Source: a virus
Length of the DNA: 64,000 nt
Direction: 5' to 3' (one strand)
IMG/VR virus record: IMGVR_UViG_3300008117_000445
Location: 1 to 64,000 of that record
This document shows positions 1 through 8,511 of this stretch, piece after piece. Below the pieces are notes generated by a model. It ran no database searches. It was not told where the DNA came from and worked only from the letters and a program-made list of their open reading frames with translations. The position numbers were made by a program, and so were the translations under genes. Positions within the stretch are counted from its first letter, which is position 1, and every line of letters begins with the position of its first letter.

Positions 1-13
1 ATTTAATCAAAAA

Positions 14-45
14 AATTTGACACTTTTTATAATATCAATATATTT
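14..45 (+). promoter_or_regulatory. Bacteroidetes-type sigmaA promoter (TTTG -33 / TAtaTTTA -7)
   Basis: TTTGacactttttataatatcaaTATATTTA; same architecture repeated at 410-445, 590-632, 735-776. Confidence 0.35.
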
Positions 46-76
46 ATATATTATAAATAATAAATCAAAAAAAACG

Positions 77-406
77 ATGAAAAAAATAGTTAGACTAACT
101 GAAAGAGATTTAACAAGAATTGTTAAACGAGTAATTAAAGAAAGTAACCTTAGCCCATATAGTGATGAAGATATGGCCGAAGACGAAAGACTTGACAGAA
201 TATCAAATGAATGGCGAGATTCATTTTATGATGCTTTTGATTTTGACTTTGAAGGTGCATTTCCAGAATACAATAAAGAATCAGATAAATTTGATGATAA
301 TTTAAATGATTTTATTGTTGATATGATGGGTGAAGACCCAGAACATGCTGTTAGAGTGTTACGTAAAGAACCTTGGTTTAGACCATATGTAAAATATCTT
401 AGATAA
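77..406 (+). CDS. hypothetical protein; N-terminus MKKIVRLTERDLTRIVKRVIKE resembles the shared leader family
   Basis: ORF 17..406 in track; internal Met at aa21 follows promoter; acidic C-terminal half. Confidence 0.45.
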   Translation: MKKIVRLTERDLTRIVKRVIKESNLSPYSDEDMAEDERLDRISNEWRDSFYDAFDFDFEGAFPEYNKESDKFDDNLNDFIVDMMGEDPEHAVRVLRKEPWFRPYVKYLR

Positions 407-409
407 AAA

Positions 410-445
410 ACTTGACACTTTTAAAATTATTAGTATATTTATAAA
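410..445 (+). promoter_or_regulatory. Bacteroidetes-type promoter (TTG ... TAtaTTTA)
   Basis: cTTGacacttttaaaattattagTATATTTAtaaaac, near-duplicate of the promoter at 14-45. Confidence 0.35.
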
Positions 446-589
446 ACAAAATAAAAAACCGCAAATGAAAAATTTACACATATCATTGATAGGAGGCGAT
501 TTAGCTGAGGCAACTTTCAAGGAGAGGGTGTAAGATTTTATACATATATAAAGGTTCTTTGACATATTGGTTTGAATTAAAAAAAATTA

Positions 590-632
590 AAAAAAGATTT
601 GGTGGATTAAAAAATTCTACATATCTTTGTAA
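590..632 (+). promoter_or_regulatory. strong Bacteroidetes-type promoter with A-rich UP-like element
   Basis: aaaaattaaaaaaagaTTTGgtggattaaaaaattctacaTAtcTTTGtaag; 20-nt spacer between TTTG and TAnnTTTG. Confidence 0.45.
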
Positions 633-734
633 GACAAAACGGTTTAGAAGTTAATTGCCTGATTATACAGTAATCCTCCCATCCACAGGCAGAAAGGAGG
701 TAAACAACTAAACCAAAAAAAAATTAAAAAAAGA

Positions 735-776
735 TTTGGTAGATTCAAAAATATTTTATAATTTTGTAGAACAAAC
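735..776 (+). promoter_or_regulatory. strong Bacteroidetes-type promoter with A-rich UP-like element (tandem copy)
   Basis: aaaattaaaaaaagaTTTGgtagattcaaaaatattttaTAatTTTGtagaac; direct repeat of the 590-632 unit. Confidence 0.45.
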
Positions 777-779
777 AAC

Positions 780-815
780 GGAGGTGGAGATGTTAGGGAT
801 GGTAACTCCACCTCC
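780..815 (+). other. perfect 10-bp stem-loop (GGAGGTGGAG ... CTCCACCTCC) immediately downstream of promoter
   Basis: inverted repeat read directly; candidate 5' structure of a short transcript / sRNA. Confidence 0.4.
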
Positions 816-839
816 GGAGATAGGGAAAGTTCATTGACA

Positions 840-1240
840 TATTAAAATATTGTGGTTGTAAGAAAGGGGAAACTCGTTAAGTTCATCAACCAGTTGACTC
901 AAGATGGTGAAACGAGAGTGTGGGTCAACTACTGAATCACAAAAAAACATTATAATGCGAGGGGGAGGTATAGTATCTCATCGGTCTCATAAGTCGACTT
1001 AACTTGATGCGATTTCAAGCCTACGCAACTAATAGGATGGATAGGTGGAAGGGCCTTTCCTGAAAGACGGCTTGCTAGGCCCGTGTCCATCCTTAAAAAA
1101 TTGATAGTGATCACCTCTACAGTGGTTGTCGACAAACTACGTAGGTTGAGGGTAGATAACACCCACTGCCGGTGCACCATAAAACTTAGGAAGGCAGTTA
1201 AGATTGGAAATAGGAGGGTACACCAACACTATCAACATTA
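840..1240 (+). ncRNA. ORF-free, GC-enriched, highly structured RNA segment of unknown family
   Basis: nested inverted repeats (AACTCGTT/AACGAGAG; AGTTGAC/GTCAACT), no credible ORF, lies between promoters and tRNAs. Confidence 0.3.
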
Positions 1241-1243
1241 TTT

Positions 1244-1317
1244 ACTGATGTAGCTCAATCGGTGAGTACGAGGTGTTCATACCTCAAGGTTATGGGTTCA
1301 AGTCCCTTCATCAGTAC
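1244..1317 (+). tRNA. tRNA, anticodon uncertain (loop reads UGUUCAUA: 8 nt as transcribed; GTT or TCA possible)
   Basis: acceptor ACTGATG/CATCAGT perfect 7 bp, D-arm GCTC..GAGT, T-arm ATGGG-TTCAAGT-CCCTT. Confidence 0.55.
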
Positions 1318-1319
1318 TG

Positions 1320-1900
1320 GGAGTGTACACAGTAGAGTTCAGCTTGAGAACAGATGTAACACACACTTTAAAGGGGGTTACAAGGTGTTAAGCCGTTTAT
1401 CAGATTTGGTCGTTAAAATCTGCCGTTGTTGATGAGATAGGTTTAACGTATAAACTTTCCTCCGTGATGTTAGTGGGTTTGATCACCCCTTTCACGTAAA
1501 TGTGATGAAACGAAACCCAAAGGAGTAGTCACAACTTGCGGGTATAGCATAAAATTAATGCTTCGCCATCTATCCGCTCAAAATGAAACAACAGAAGACG
1601 AATTAGCGTCGTTGAAAGGAACCTTGGCTCTCACAAGATCGCAACTTTTACTGAGAGTTGGAATGCCCCAAGGTACTCTGTTCAGATCCCTGCTCTGATG
1701 TGCACGTCAACAGGTTATGGGGAACAAACCATAAGTAAAAATCGTAGAAATGTTTCATTCTTATTAAATGGGAAAGAGATGCCCGAAGTTTTTAAGTTTC
1801 CTTCATAAAAACTTAACGAGAGTGGTACTAACGCGTGAAAATAGTACTCATTGGGAATCGGTTTGGAATATCCTCCTCTCCCCCAAGTATAAGGATTGAC
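1320..1900 (+). ncRNA. ORF-free structured RNA segment (unknown; not tRNA)
   Basis: many local hairpins (e.g. GCGGGTA...TATCCGC mini-helix at ~1541-1583), no ORF, GC-enriched. Confidence 0.25.
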
Positions 1901-1902
1901 TT

Positions 1903-1978
1903 TTTTAAAGGGGATGCCCAGCAGGTTTTTGAAAAAGAAAAACCGATGTAACTACTCACCAGTAATCTCAAGGTGGGG
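1903..1978 (+). ncRNA. conserved ~75-nt element, copy 1 (GGGGATGCCCrGCAGGTTTTT...AAAAACCGAT.T.ACTACTC...)
   Basis: near-identical second copy at 8647-8722; contains GGTTTTT/AAAAACC hairpin. Confidence 0.4.
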
Positions 1979-1984
1979 AAATTT

Positions 1985-2061
1985 GGGGGTGTAGCTCAAT
2001 TGGCTGAGCGGCTCGTTTGCAACGAGAGGGTTTTATGTGGGTTCAAGTCCCACCTCCTCCA
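1985..2061 (+). tRNA. tRNA-Ala (anticodon UGC)
   Basis: acceptor GGGGGTG/CTCCTCC with G3:U70 Ala identity pair; D-arm GCTC-AATTGGCT-GAGC; anticodon loop TTTGCAA; T-arm GTGGG-TTCAAGT-CCCAC. Confidence 0.75.
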
Positions 2062-2156
2062 CAAAGTTCGGAGTAATTAACCGAACCTAACAAGAAGATG
2101 GGTCATATAGCCTAAGGAAATTTGGTACCACTAATTCCTGTCTGTCTTCTTGATTA

Positions 2157-2233
2157 ACTACTTATGGTGTAAATTGGATTGCACATCGGTCACTAAGGCC
2201 GAAGGGTTGTAGGTTCAAGTCCTATGGGTAGTT
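2157..2233 (+). tRNA. tRNA-like gene; anticodon loop reads CACUAAG (CUA in anticodon position: amber-suppressor-like), lacks U33
   Basis: acceptor CTACTTA/TGGGTAG (2 G:U), anticodon stem TCGGT/GCCGA, T-arm GTAGG-TTCAAGT-CCTAT. Confidence 0.4.
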
Positions 2234-2240
2234 CAAATAG

Positions 2241-2357
2241 TCAGGTGGCGAGAGGAACACGCCCCGAAAGTGGAGAGTAACAATACCAACGGGACTCACG
2301 GAGATACTGCGTCCACTGCTGATGGTATCTATCACCGGTTTAAATCCGGTCCTGACT
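2241..2357 (+). tRNA. atypical long (117 nt) tRNA-like gene, acceptor AGTCAGG/CCTGACT
   Basis: perfect 7-bp acceptor, D-arm GGCG-AGAGGAACA-CGCC, T-arm CCGG-TTTAAAT-CCGG, ~35 extra nt between D- and T-arms. Confidence 0.3.
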
Positions 2358-2524
2358 ACATGAAGGTAAAAATATGAAACTTGGTAGTTCTTGTGGATTA
2401 TGATTACCCTGAATGTTTTTACAACTTTCATTCAGAAACCAAAAAATAAATGTTGTTGCAGGTTTAATAAAGGAATGGAGGAAAGTCTAACTAACGAGTA
2501 CTTCATAACCTACTGTATAAAATA

Positions 2525-2609
2525 GTCAGGTGGCGGAATTGGAAGACGCTATCCATTGGAAAGGCTGAGTTAAAAACGGCATTCAAGGTTCAAATCCTTG
2601 CCTGACTAC
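2525..2609 (+). tRNA. 85-nt tRNA-like gene (type-II-sized), acceptor AGTCAGG/CCTGACT; loop TTGGAAA (GGA, Ser-like) but anticodon stem does not pair as read
   Basis: perfect acceptor and T-arm CAAGG-TTCAAAT-CCTTG; shares 5' 15 nt and 3' end with the 2241-2357 gene. Confidence 0.35.
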
Positions 2610-2708
2610 AATCAGTTGCTTGATTCCTGGTAGTAGAGTAACAACCATTGGGATATTCGGGAAAATTCCGTGAATGGTGGTGTAAGATATAAAAGGGAAA
2701 CTTACAAT

Positions 2709-2781
2709 GGTGGAGTACCAAAGACAAAGGAAACGAGACATATGGGTGATCATATGTTGGCGCAAATCTCCACCTTTTTAA
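2709..2781 (+). terminator. stem-loop plus T-run (rho-independent terminator-like)
   Basis: GGTGGAG...CATATGGGTGATCATATG...CTCCACC followed by TTTTTAAATT. Confidence 0.4.
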
Positions 2782-2792
2782 ATTAAAAAATT

Positions 2793-2981
2793 ATGACACT
2801 AAAAGAACAAATTAATGCCGACTTTATGTCCGCATTTAAGAACAAAGAAATGGATAAGAAAAACTTCCTTGGAGTTGTTAAAGGTGAAATCCAAAATGAA
2901 GAAGGAAGGAGTGGGACCGTAACTGATGAGGTTGTTTTGTCCATCTTAAAGAAAATAAACCACCCATCGGCTAAAGACCAA
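2793..2981 (+). pseudogene. yqeY: 5' fragment of yqeY-like (GatB/YqeY-domain) gene, truncated by the IS insertion
   Basis: MTLKEQINADFMSAFKNKEMDKKNFLGVVKGEIQNEEGRSGTVTDEVVLSILKKI matches the YqeY N-terminal consensus (M.LKE.I..D.K.A.KAKDK.....L..A.KNEEI..G..LTDEEVL.VIKK); ORF then runs into IS sequence. Confidence 0.5.
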
Positions 2982-4385
2982 TGGGTTTTGTAGGATTAAT
3001 CCTAACTGGGTGGTTTATAACACCGCTTACATCCGTAAGAGATAAATCTCCATCAGATTTACTTTTATATTTTCTTAATATATTACAAGCACCATTCACA
3101 TCAGCATTAATTAATTTACCTTTTTTTGTTCTAAATAAACCTCGTTTAATGCGTTTACCTAAATATTCTTCGTGTTTCTCTATTTTTTCCAAATCCAACG
3201 ACGAACATTTTGATGTGTATGATTCTTCCTGTAGAACATAATTAATTCCGTAATATTCACATTTTGTTTCTAATTTTCTTTTTAAAATACCAAATGGTAC
3301 CGAAACAAAGTTCTGATTATTTACTTTACCGATATTAATTTCATTTTTCATACCTTTAAAATCACCTATAACTATTGTACCAATATCGTTATTAATACAA
3401 TATTTAACTATTTTATTCACACTCTGATTAAAGTAGTTATTTATATAATTTTTTCTATATTCACTTAATTTAATAAATTTTTTTGTGTTTTTATCTTTTA
3501 ATTTATTTTTTTCATATTCACTTTGTAATCTAGCTTTTTCTTTATTGTAATGATGGTTTACAGATTTAAGTGGTTTACCATCTATAATAAATGATGATTT
3601 ATTTTTAGTGTTATAAGATGTCAAAAGATTATCCAATCCACAATCAATACTTAATATATTATTATGGTTTAATTTCTTTACATTATCTTCAGCAACATAT
3701 GTTATAATTAACTCATACTCTTTACCACCATAAATGGGTTTAATCTGTAATTGTTGTAATTTATTGGTTTTAATATTTTTCGGTAGGTTAAATATGATAT
3801 CACGTTTTAATACATTATATTCTTCTCTAAATTGTTTACTAAGACCCATATATATTTTACCATTTTTAACCCTAGAACTTCTACCGGCAACTAATACTGA
3901 CCACCCAGAATCCTTATCTAAATAAGATGGGACATTAACCGGATTAGAGTACTTACCTTTTTGTTTTAATTTAAGTAATGAGAAAAATGATTTAAAATTT
4001 CTATCAACTAACCTATGTGTTTGTTGTGCGGAGTCTGTTATAAGTAATTTATAGTTCACATCATCTTTAATTAAATGATATTGATCAACATAATTTAAAT
4101 AAGAATTATTATTAAAGTAATACTGTCTAATGTTATAAACACAACTATTATATAAACGAGCAGAATGATATGATAACTTATCTATAATAAATTTTTCATC
4201 TTCATTCAATTTAAGTTTATATTTTTGTGTTAACATCATAATCTCCTATATATAAATATAGGGAAAGTGTGAAAAAACTTGTTTTATATAAAAAAAATAT
4301 TATATTTTAATCATTAACTAAAACATAAAGAAGGAAAAGTGATTCGTTTCCTCCCACAAACTAAAGATTTGTGGGTTTCCACGAA
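2960..4385 (-). mobile_element. IS200/IS605-family element, TnpB-only (IS1341-like), no tnpA
   Basis: tnpB ORF plus subterminal imperfect hairpins: CCCACAAActaaagaTTTGTGGG at 4349-4371 (left end) and CCACCCA...TGGGTGG near 2960-3015 (right end); flanked by the two yqeY fragments. Confidence 0.6.
2971..4239 (-). CDS. tnpB: TnpB/OrfB RNA-guided endonuclease (IS605 family)
   Basis: RuvC-I ILSIDCGLDNLLT, RuvC-III NADVNGACNILRK (DxDxNAAxNI consensus), C-terminal Cys/His zinc-finger region, N-terminal QKYKLKLNEDEK typical of OrfB. Confidence 0.75.
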   Translation of the reverse strand: MMLTQKYKLKLNEDEKFIIDKLSYHSARLYNSCVYNIRQYYFNNNSYLNYVDQYHLIKDDVNYKLLITDSAQQTHRLVDRNFKSFFSLLKLKQKGKYSNPVNVPSYLDKDSGWSVLVAGRSSRVKNGKIYMGLSKQFREEYNVLKRDIIFNLPKNIKTNKLQQLQIKPIYGGKEYELIITYVAEDNVKKLNHNNILSIDCGLDNLLTSYNTKNKSSFIIDGKPLKSVNHHYNKEKARLQSEYEKNKLKDKNTKKFIKLSEYRKNYINNYFNQSVNKIVKYCINNDIGTIVIGDFKGMKNEINIGKVNNQNFVSVPFGILKRKLETKCEYYGINYVLQEESYTSKCSSLDLEKIEKHEEYLGKRIKRGLFRTKKGKLINADVNGACNILRKYKSKSDGDLSLTDVSGVINHPVRINPTKPIGL

Positions 4386-4496
4386 TTAAAAATTATGAAT
4401 AACATTGGTCAAATAATGGGTGAGTTCAACAAACATTACAAAGGTTTGGTTGATAACAAACTGGTGAGTCAAATAACAAAGGAGATTTTAAATTAA
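4360..4496 (+). pseudogene. yqeY: 3' fragment of yqeY-like gene (resumes right after IS left end)
   Basis: FVGFHELKIMNNIGQIMGEFNKHYKGLVDNKLVSQITKEILN matches YqeY C-terminus (..SMKDMGKVMG.LM.K.KG.ADGKLVNQLVKEKL); central ~50 aa of YqeY missing. Confidence 0.45.
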
Positions 4497-4518
4497 TATA
4501 TTGTTTTTGTTTAATTAA

Positions 4519-4551
4519 AAAAGGAGACCAAATTAATGATCTCCTTTTTTT
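4519..4551. terminator. bidirectional rho-independent terminator
   Basis: AAAAAAGGAGAccaaattaatgaTCTCCTTTTTTTTT between the convergent yqeY fragment and the tail-fibre gene. Confidence 0.6.
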
Positions 4552-4570
4552 TTGATATTAACTAAGTTGA

Positions 4571-7500
4571 TTAGTTTGTACCTTTTTCACCGTAAACAAG
4601 GATTTTATTTCCTGTTAATGGTGGAACTGTAAACGTAACAACTGTTCCGTCAAATGTATAGTCTTCAGTCTCTGTTTGACCAAGACCATTCAACATCACA
4701 AGTTCAGTTCCAATGATGATTTCATCATTCAAAGTGAACGCTGAGATTACACCATTTGGAGTTCCAGCATATCCAATTCTTTGGAATGAATTTGTATCCA
4801 GACCAGCAATCGCATCATCAACATATAGTTTTGTAACCAACGTTAAATCATCAAACTGAGTCAATCCAGATGGTTGAGCTGTCAATCTAATATTATCAGA
4901 CATTGTTAAACCTGTTGTATAGAACTCAGCAAGGTTTGATCTGTTGTTGTTATCAGCACCATTACCAATAATTGCAAGTTGAGTGTCACCAGATACGTTA
5001 AATGTTCCTTGAACGTGTTGTGCTCTACCTGCTGCAATTGTTCCTTCACCTTCAGCATGCGAATAATCGCTTGTCCTTCAGCGTGAGAATATAATCCAGA
5101 TGCGATTGTTGAAGCACCTTCAGCGTGAGAATATAATCCAGATGCCGTTGTATTATAACCTTCAGCGTGAGAATAATATCCAGATGCCGTTGTTAAATAT
5201 CCTTCAGCGTGAGAATAATTTCCTAATGCCGTTGTTGCATAACCTTCAGCGTGAGACATATCACCAACAGAAGTTGTATTAAATCCTTCAGCGTGAGAAC
5301 CAACACCAATTGCATAACCTCCAGCAAAATCATTAGCTTGATCTCCACCTTCTGCGTGAGAGTTAACACCTTCAGCTATTGTTTTGTATCCTTCAGCGTG
5401 AGAAGCATATCCTGATGCCGTTGTTGTATTACCTTCAGCGTGAGAAACATATCCGGACGCCGTTGTTGATCTACCTTCAGCGTGAGAATAATTTCCAGAT
5501 GCCGTTGTGTAATAACCTTCAGCGTGAGAACCTAAACCAACAGAAGTCGTCTGAATACCTTCAGCGTGAGAACCATACCCGGAGGCTGTTGTAGATGAAC
5601 CTTCAGCGTGAGAATAATTTCCAGATGCAGTTGTAGAATTACCTTCAGCGTGAGAACTTTGACCCAATGCCGTTGTGTAATTACCTTCAGCGTGAGAATA
5701 ATTTCCAGATGCCGTTGTCTGAATACCTTCGGCGTGAGAAGCACTACCTATAGCTACTGAGTAATTACCTTCAGCGTGAGAACCATTACCAACAGAAGTT
5801 GTCTGAATACCTTCAGCGTGTGAACTTTGACCCAATGCCGTTGTTCCAATACCTTCAGCATGAGAATAATATGCGGATGCTGTCGTTAAAGAACCTTCAA
5901 CGTGAGAATGATATCCAGATGCCGTTGTTAATCTACCCTCAGCGTGAGAATAATTTCCAGATGCCGTTGTTCCTTCACCTTCAGCGTGAGAATAATTTCC
6001 AGACGCAACGGTATTATAACCTGACGCAGTTGAATTTAAACCACTTGCCGTTGAACCAGTTGTTCCAAGAACGATTGAACCCTCAAATGTTCTGGTACCA
6101 CCACTATTTGCTGCAACAACTTGTTTTAACTCAAGTTTGTTATCACCATTTACAATTACGGTAACACCATCAGCATCAGCAAGACCATCAATTTCATTTT
6201 CTAATGATGTGTCAGCACTTGCTCTTACACTTTCTTCAGTTGAAACTCTTGAATCCAATGATCCTTCCGCACTTTCTGCTCTTGAAGTTTCAGAAGAAAC
6301 TTTTGAATCTAATGAGCCTTCAGCAGATTCTGCTCTTGAAGTTTCCGTAGAAACTTTTGAATCTAATGAACCTTCAGCTGACTCAGCTCTACTAACTTCT
6401 TGAGAAATTAAAGCTTCAAGTGAATCGTCACCTGATTCGTTACTTGAAATTCTCGCAGATAATGAATCTTCAGCTGACTCCGCTCTTGAAGTTTCTGTAG
6501 ATACTTTACTGTCTAAAGAACTATCAGCAGATTCTCTGTTTGAAACCTCAGTAGAAATATCAGATGAAATCTTAGAATCCAATGAACCTTCAACACTTTC
6601 AGCTCTTGACGTTTCGTTAGAAACTTTTGAATCTAATGAAGTTTCAGCTGAATCTCTTTTACTTTCTTCAGTTGAAATTCTGGACTCAAGCGAATCTTCA
6701 GTACTTTCCGCTCTTGATGTTTCTGTAGAAACTTTTGAATCCAAAGAACCTTCAGCGGATTCCGCTCTACTAACTTCTTGAGAAATTAAAGCTTCAAGTG
6801 AATCATCACCAGATTCGTTTTGAGAAATTCTAGCAGATAATGAATCTTCAGCAGATTCTGCTCTACTTGTTTCAGAAGATACTTTACTGTCTAATGAACC
6901 TTCAGCAGATTCTGCTCTTGAAATCTCGTTAGAAACTTTTGAATCCAATGAACCTTCAGTAGATTCTGCCCTTGAAGTCTCGTTAGAAACTTTTGAATCT
7001 AATGATCCTTCAGCACTTTCAGCTCTACTTGTTTCGTTAGAAACTTTTGAATCCAAAGAACTATCAGCAGATTCTCTGTTTGAAGTTTCAGAAGAAACTT
7101 TTGAATCCAAAGAACTATCAGCAGATGCTCTGTTACTTTCTTCAGTAGATACTCTAGAATCTAATGAACCTTCAGCAGATTCTGCTCTTGATGTTTCTTG
7201 AGAAATCAACGCTTCCAATGAATCATCACCTGATTCGTTACTTGAAATTCTTGCAGATAATGAATCTTCAGCAGACTCAGCTCTACTTGTTTCGTTAGAA
7301 ACTTTTGCATCCAATGAATCGTCACCAGAAACTCTGTTTGAAATCTCAGCAGAAATTTCAGAAGAAATTTTTGAATCTAATGATCCTTCAGCACTTTCAG
7401 CTCTTGAAGTTTCAGTTGAAACTTTTGCATCCAATGAATCGTCAGCAGATTCTCTTGTACTTTCTTCAACAGATACTCTGTCGGTTAATGAGCCTTCAGC

Positions 7501-7818
7501 CGATTCGGCTCTTGATACTTCAGACGATAAGTCTGCTTCAAGAGAATCATTACCTGATACTCTGTTTGAGATTTCAGTTGAAATCTCGGATGAAATTTTG
7601 TTATCCAATGAACCTTCAGCTGATGTTGCTCTGGACGTTTCATTTGATACTTTCGCATCCAATGAAGCATCACCAGAGATTCTGCTAGAATCCTGACTGG
7701 ATAAGGTTGAACTTAACTCCGCGATATCCGTAATTGTTAAACCGGATGGAGTTAAAATCGTTGCGTTCGTCAGCAATAAGTCGGACTGACGGTCTAATAC
7801 AATTTTAGTTTCTGCCAT
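4571..7818 (-). CDS. tail-fibre / adhesin-like repeat protein (~1080 aa if read through); frame broken at ~5055-5080 inside the repeat array
   Basis: N-terminal ~36 x 14-aa repeats (SRAESAEGSLDSKVSxET), then ~28 x 14-aa Hep_Hag/YadA-head-like repeats (TTASGNYSHAEGxx, 42-nt DNA period), then non-repetitive C-terminus in frame of ORF 4571..4903; one repeat unit is 26 nt instead of 42. Confidence 0.6.
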
Positions 7819-7894
7819 TTTTTAATTTTTAAAATGATAGTTTATTCTGTATCTCTTTATACAGCATGTTTTTCTGGATACGTATATACATACG

Positions 7895-7930
7895 GATATG
7901 TGATATGTGATATTGGATATGTGATATAGA
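7895..7930. repeat. short tandem GATATGT heptamer repeats upstream of tail-fibre gene
   Basis: GATATGTGATATGTGATATTGGATATGTGATATAGATA; adjacent inverted repeat CCGCAT...ATGCGG at 7941-7975. Confidence 0.4.
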
Positions 7931-8091
7931 TACTAGTTACCCGCATCCCTGCCGATACATTATATAAATATGCGGTACTTTACAAAAAGTCACTAATTGT
8001 TTAATTTTTTTTTAAAAAAAATAAAAAAATGAGTTTTTTGTTGTTAATATCATTTATTTCAATTATATTTGTTGTCAGAAAAAAGAAATAA

Positions 8092-8198
8092 GGTCAGAAG
8101 CGTAATGCGGGACGGTACCCAAACCCTCAAGACACCACGGTCCAAGAGCAATTTGGACGCGAGAAGTTATAAGGTTGCATATTGTTGGTTCAAATCCA
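8092..8198 (+). tRNA. atypical long (107 nt) tRNA-like gene, acceptor GGTCAGA/TCTGACC
   Basis: perfect 7-bp acceptor, T-arm GTTGG-TTCAAAT-CCAAC; internal arms not resolvable by eye. Confidence 0.3.
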
Positions 8199-8226
8199 AC
8201 TCTGACCTCAAAAAAATTAAAATAAG

Positions 8227-8511
8227 ATGAAAGAAAAACATCAAGAAGCCATTGATGAAATTATGGATTGGTTTGACTTTGAAAGAGTTGTCAAAGTAAT
8301 GGAGTTTTTAAACTGGAAGTGGATTACCGCCGAAGAAGGTGTACCCAGTATTGGTGAAATCAAAAAAACGGCCAGACGATTATTAAAAGAAGCGATTAAA
8401 AAGAAAACATCAATTGCAACCGGAGGATTCAAGGTGACTTATTTACCAAAAGAAGATTTTTTACATCTTGAATTTGTTATTAGTGAGTTTGATGCTGTAA
8501 TCAAAAAGTAA
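8227..8511 (+). CDS. hypothetical protein
   Basis: 94-aa ORF between two tRNA-like genes. Confidence 0.45.
   Translation: MKEKHQEAIDEIMDWFDFERVVKVMEFLNWKWITAEEGVPSIGEIKKTARRLLKEAIKKKTSIATGGFKVTYLPKEDFLHLEFVISEFDAVIKK

Noticed and set aside
840-1240. tmRNA (ssrA) in the structured segment upstream of the first tRNA
   Set aside because: Could not find a tag-peptide reading frame ending in ..YALAA-stop, nor a 5' acceptor half pairing with a 3' CCA-proximal end; the adjacent tRNA has its own complete acceptor stem. Left as unknown structured RNA.
1541-1583. GCGGGTA ... TATCCGC helix resembling a tRNA acceptor stem
   Set aside because: Only ~40 nt between the paired ends; no room for D, anticodon and T arms. 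Treated as a local hairpin within the structured RNA segment.
950-2765. Track ORFs 950..1180(-), 2222..2431(-), 2583..2765(-) and others inside the RNA island
   Set aside because: They overlap tRNA genes / GC-rich structured RNA on the opposite strand, have no promoter context and odd composition; judged spurious.
2709-2774. GGTGGAG ... CTCCACC pairing resembling a tRNA acceptor stem
   Set aside because: Only 66 nt, no T-loop; inner CATATG palindrome and trailing T-run fit a terminator hairpin better.
5100-7688. Plus-strand ORFs nested in the tail-fibre gene (5100..5282, 5379..5594, 5799..6164, 6137..6403, 7305..7688)
   Set aside because: Periodic Gln/Leu/Arg-rich translations are the antisense reading of the repeat array; no independent support.
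4906-7818. Highly regular 42-nt tandem repeats: could they be a CRISPR array?
   Set aside because: Repeats are contiguous with no unique spacers, lie inside a long open reading frame, and encode 14-aa protein repeats (SHAEG units). They are coding tandem repeats, not CRISPR.
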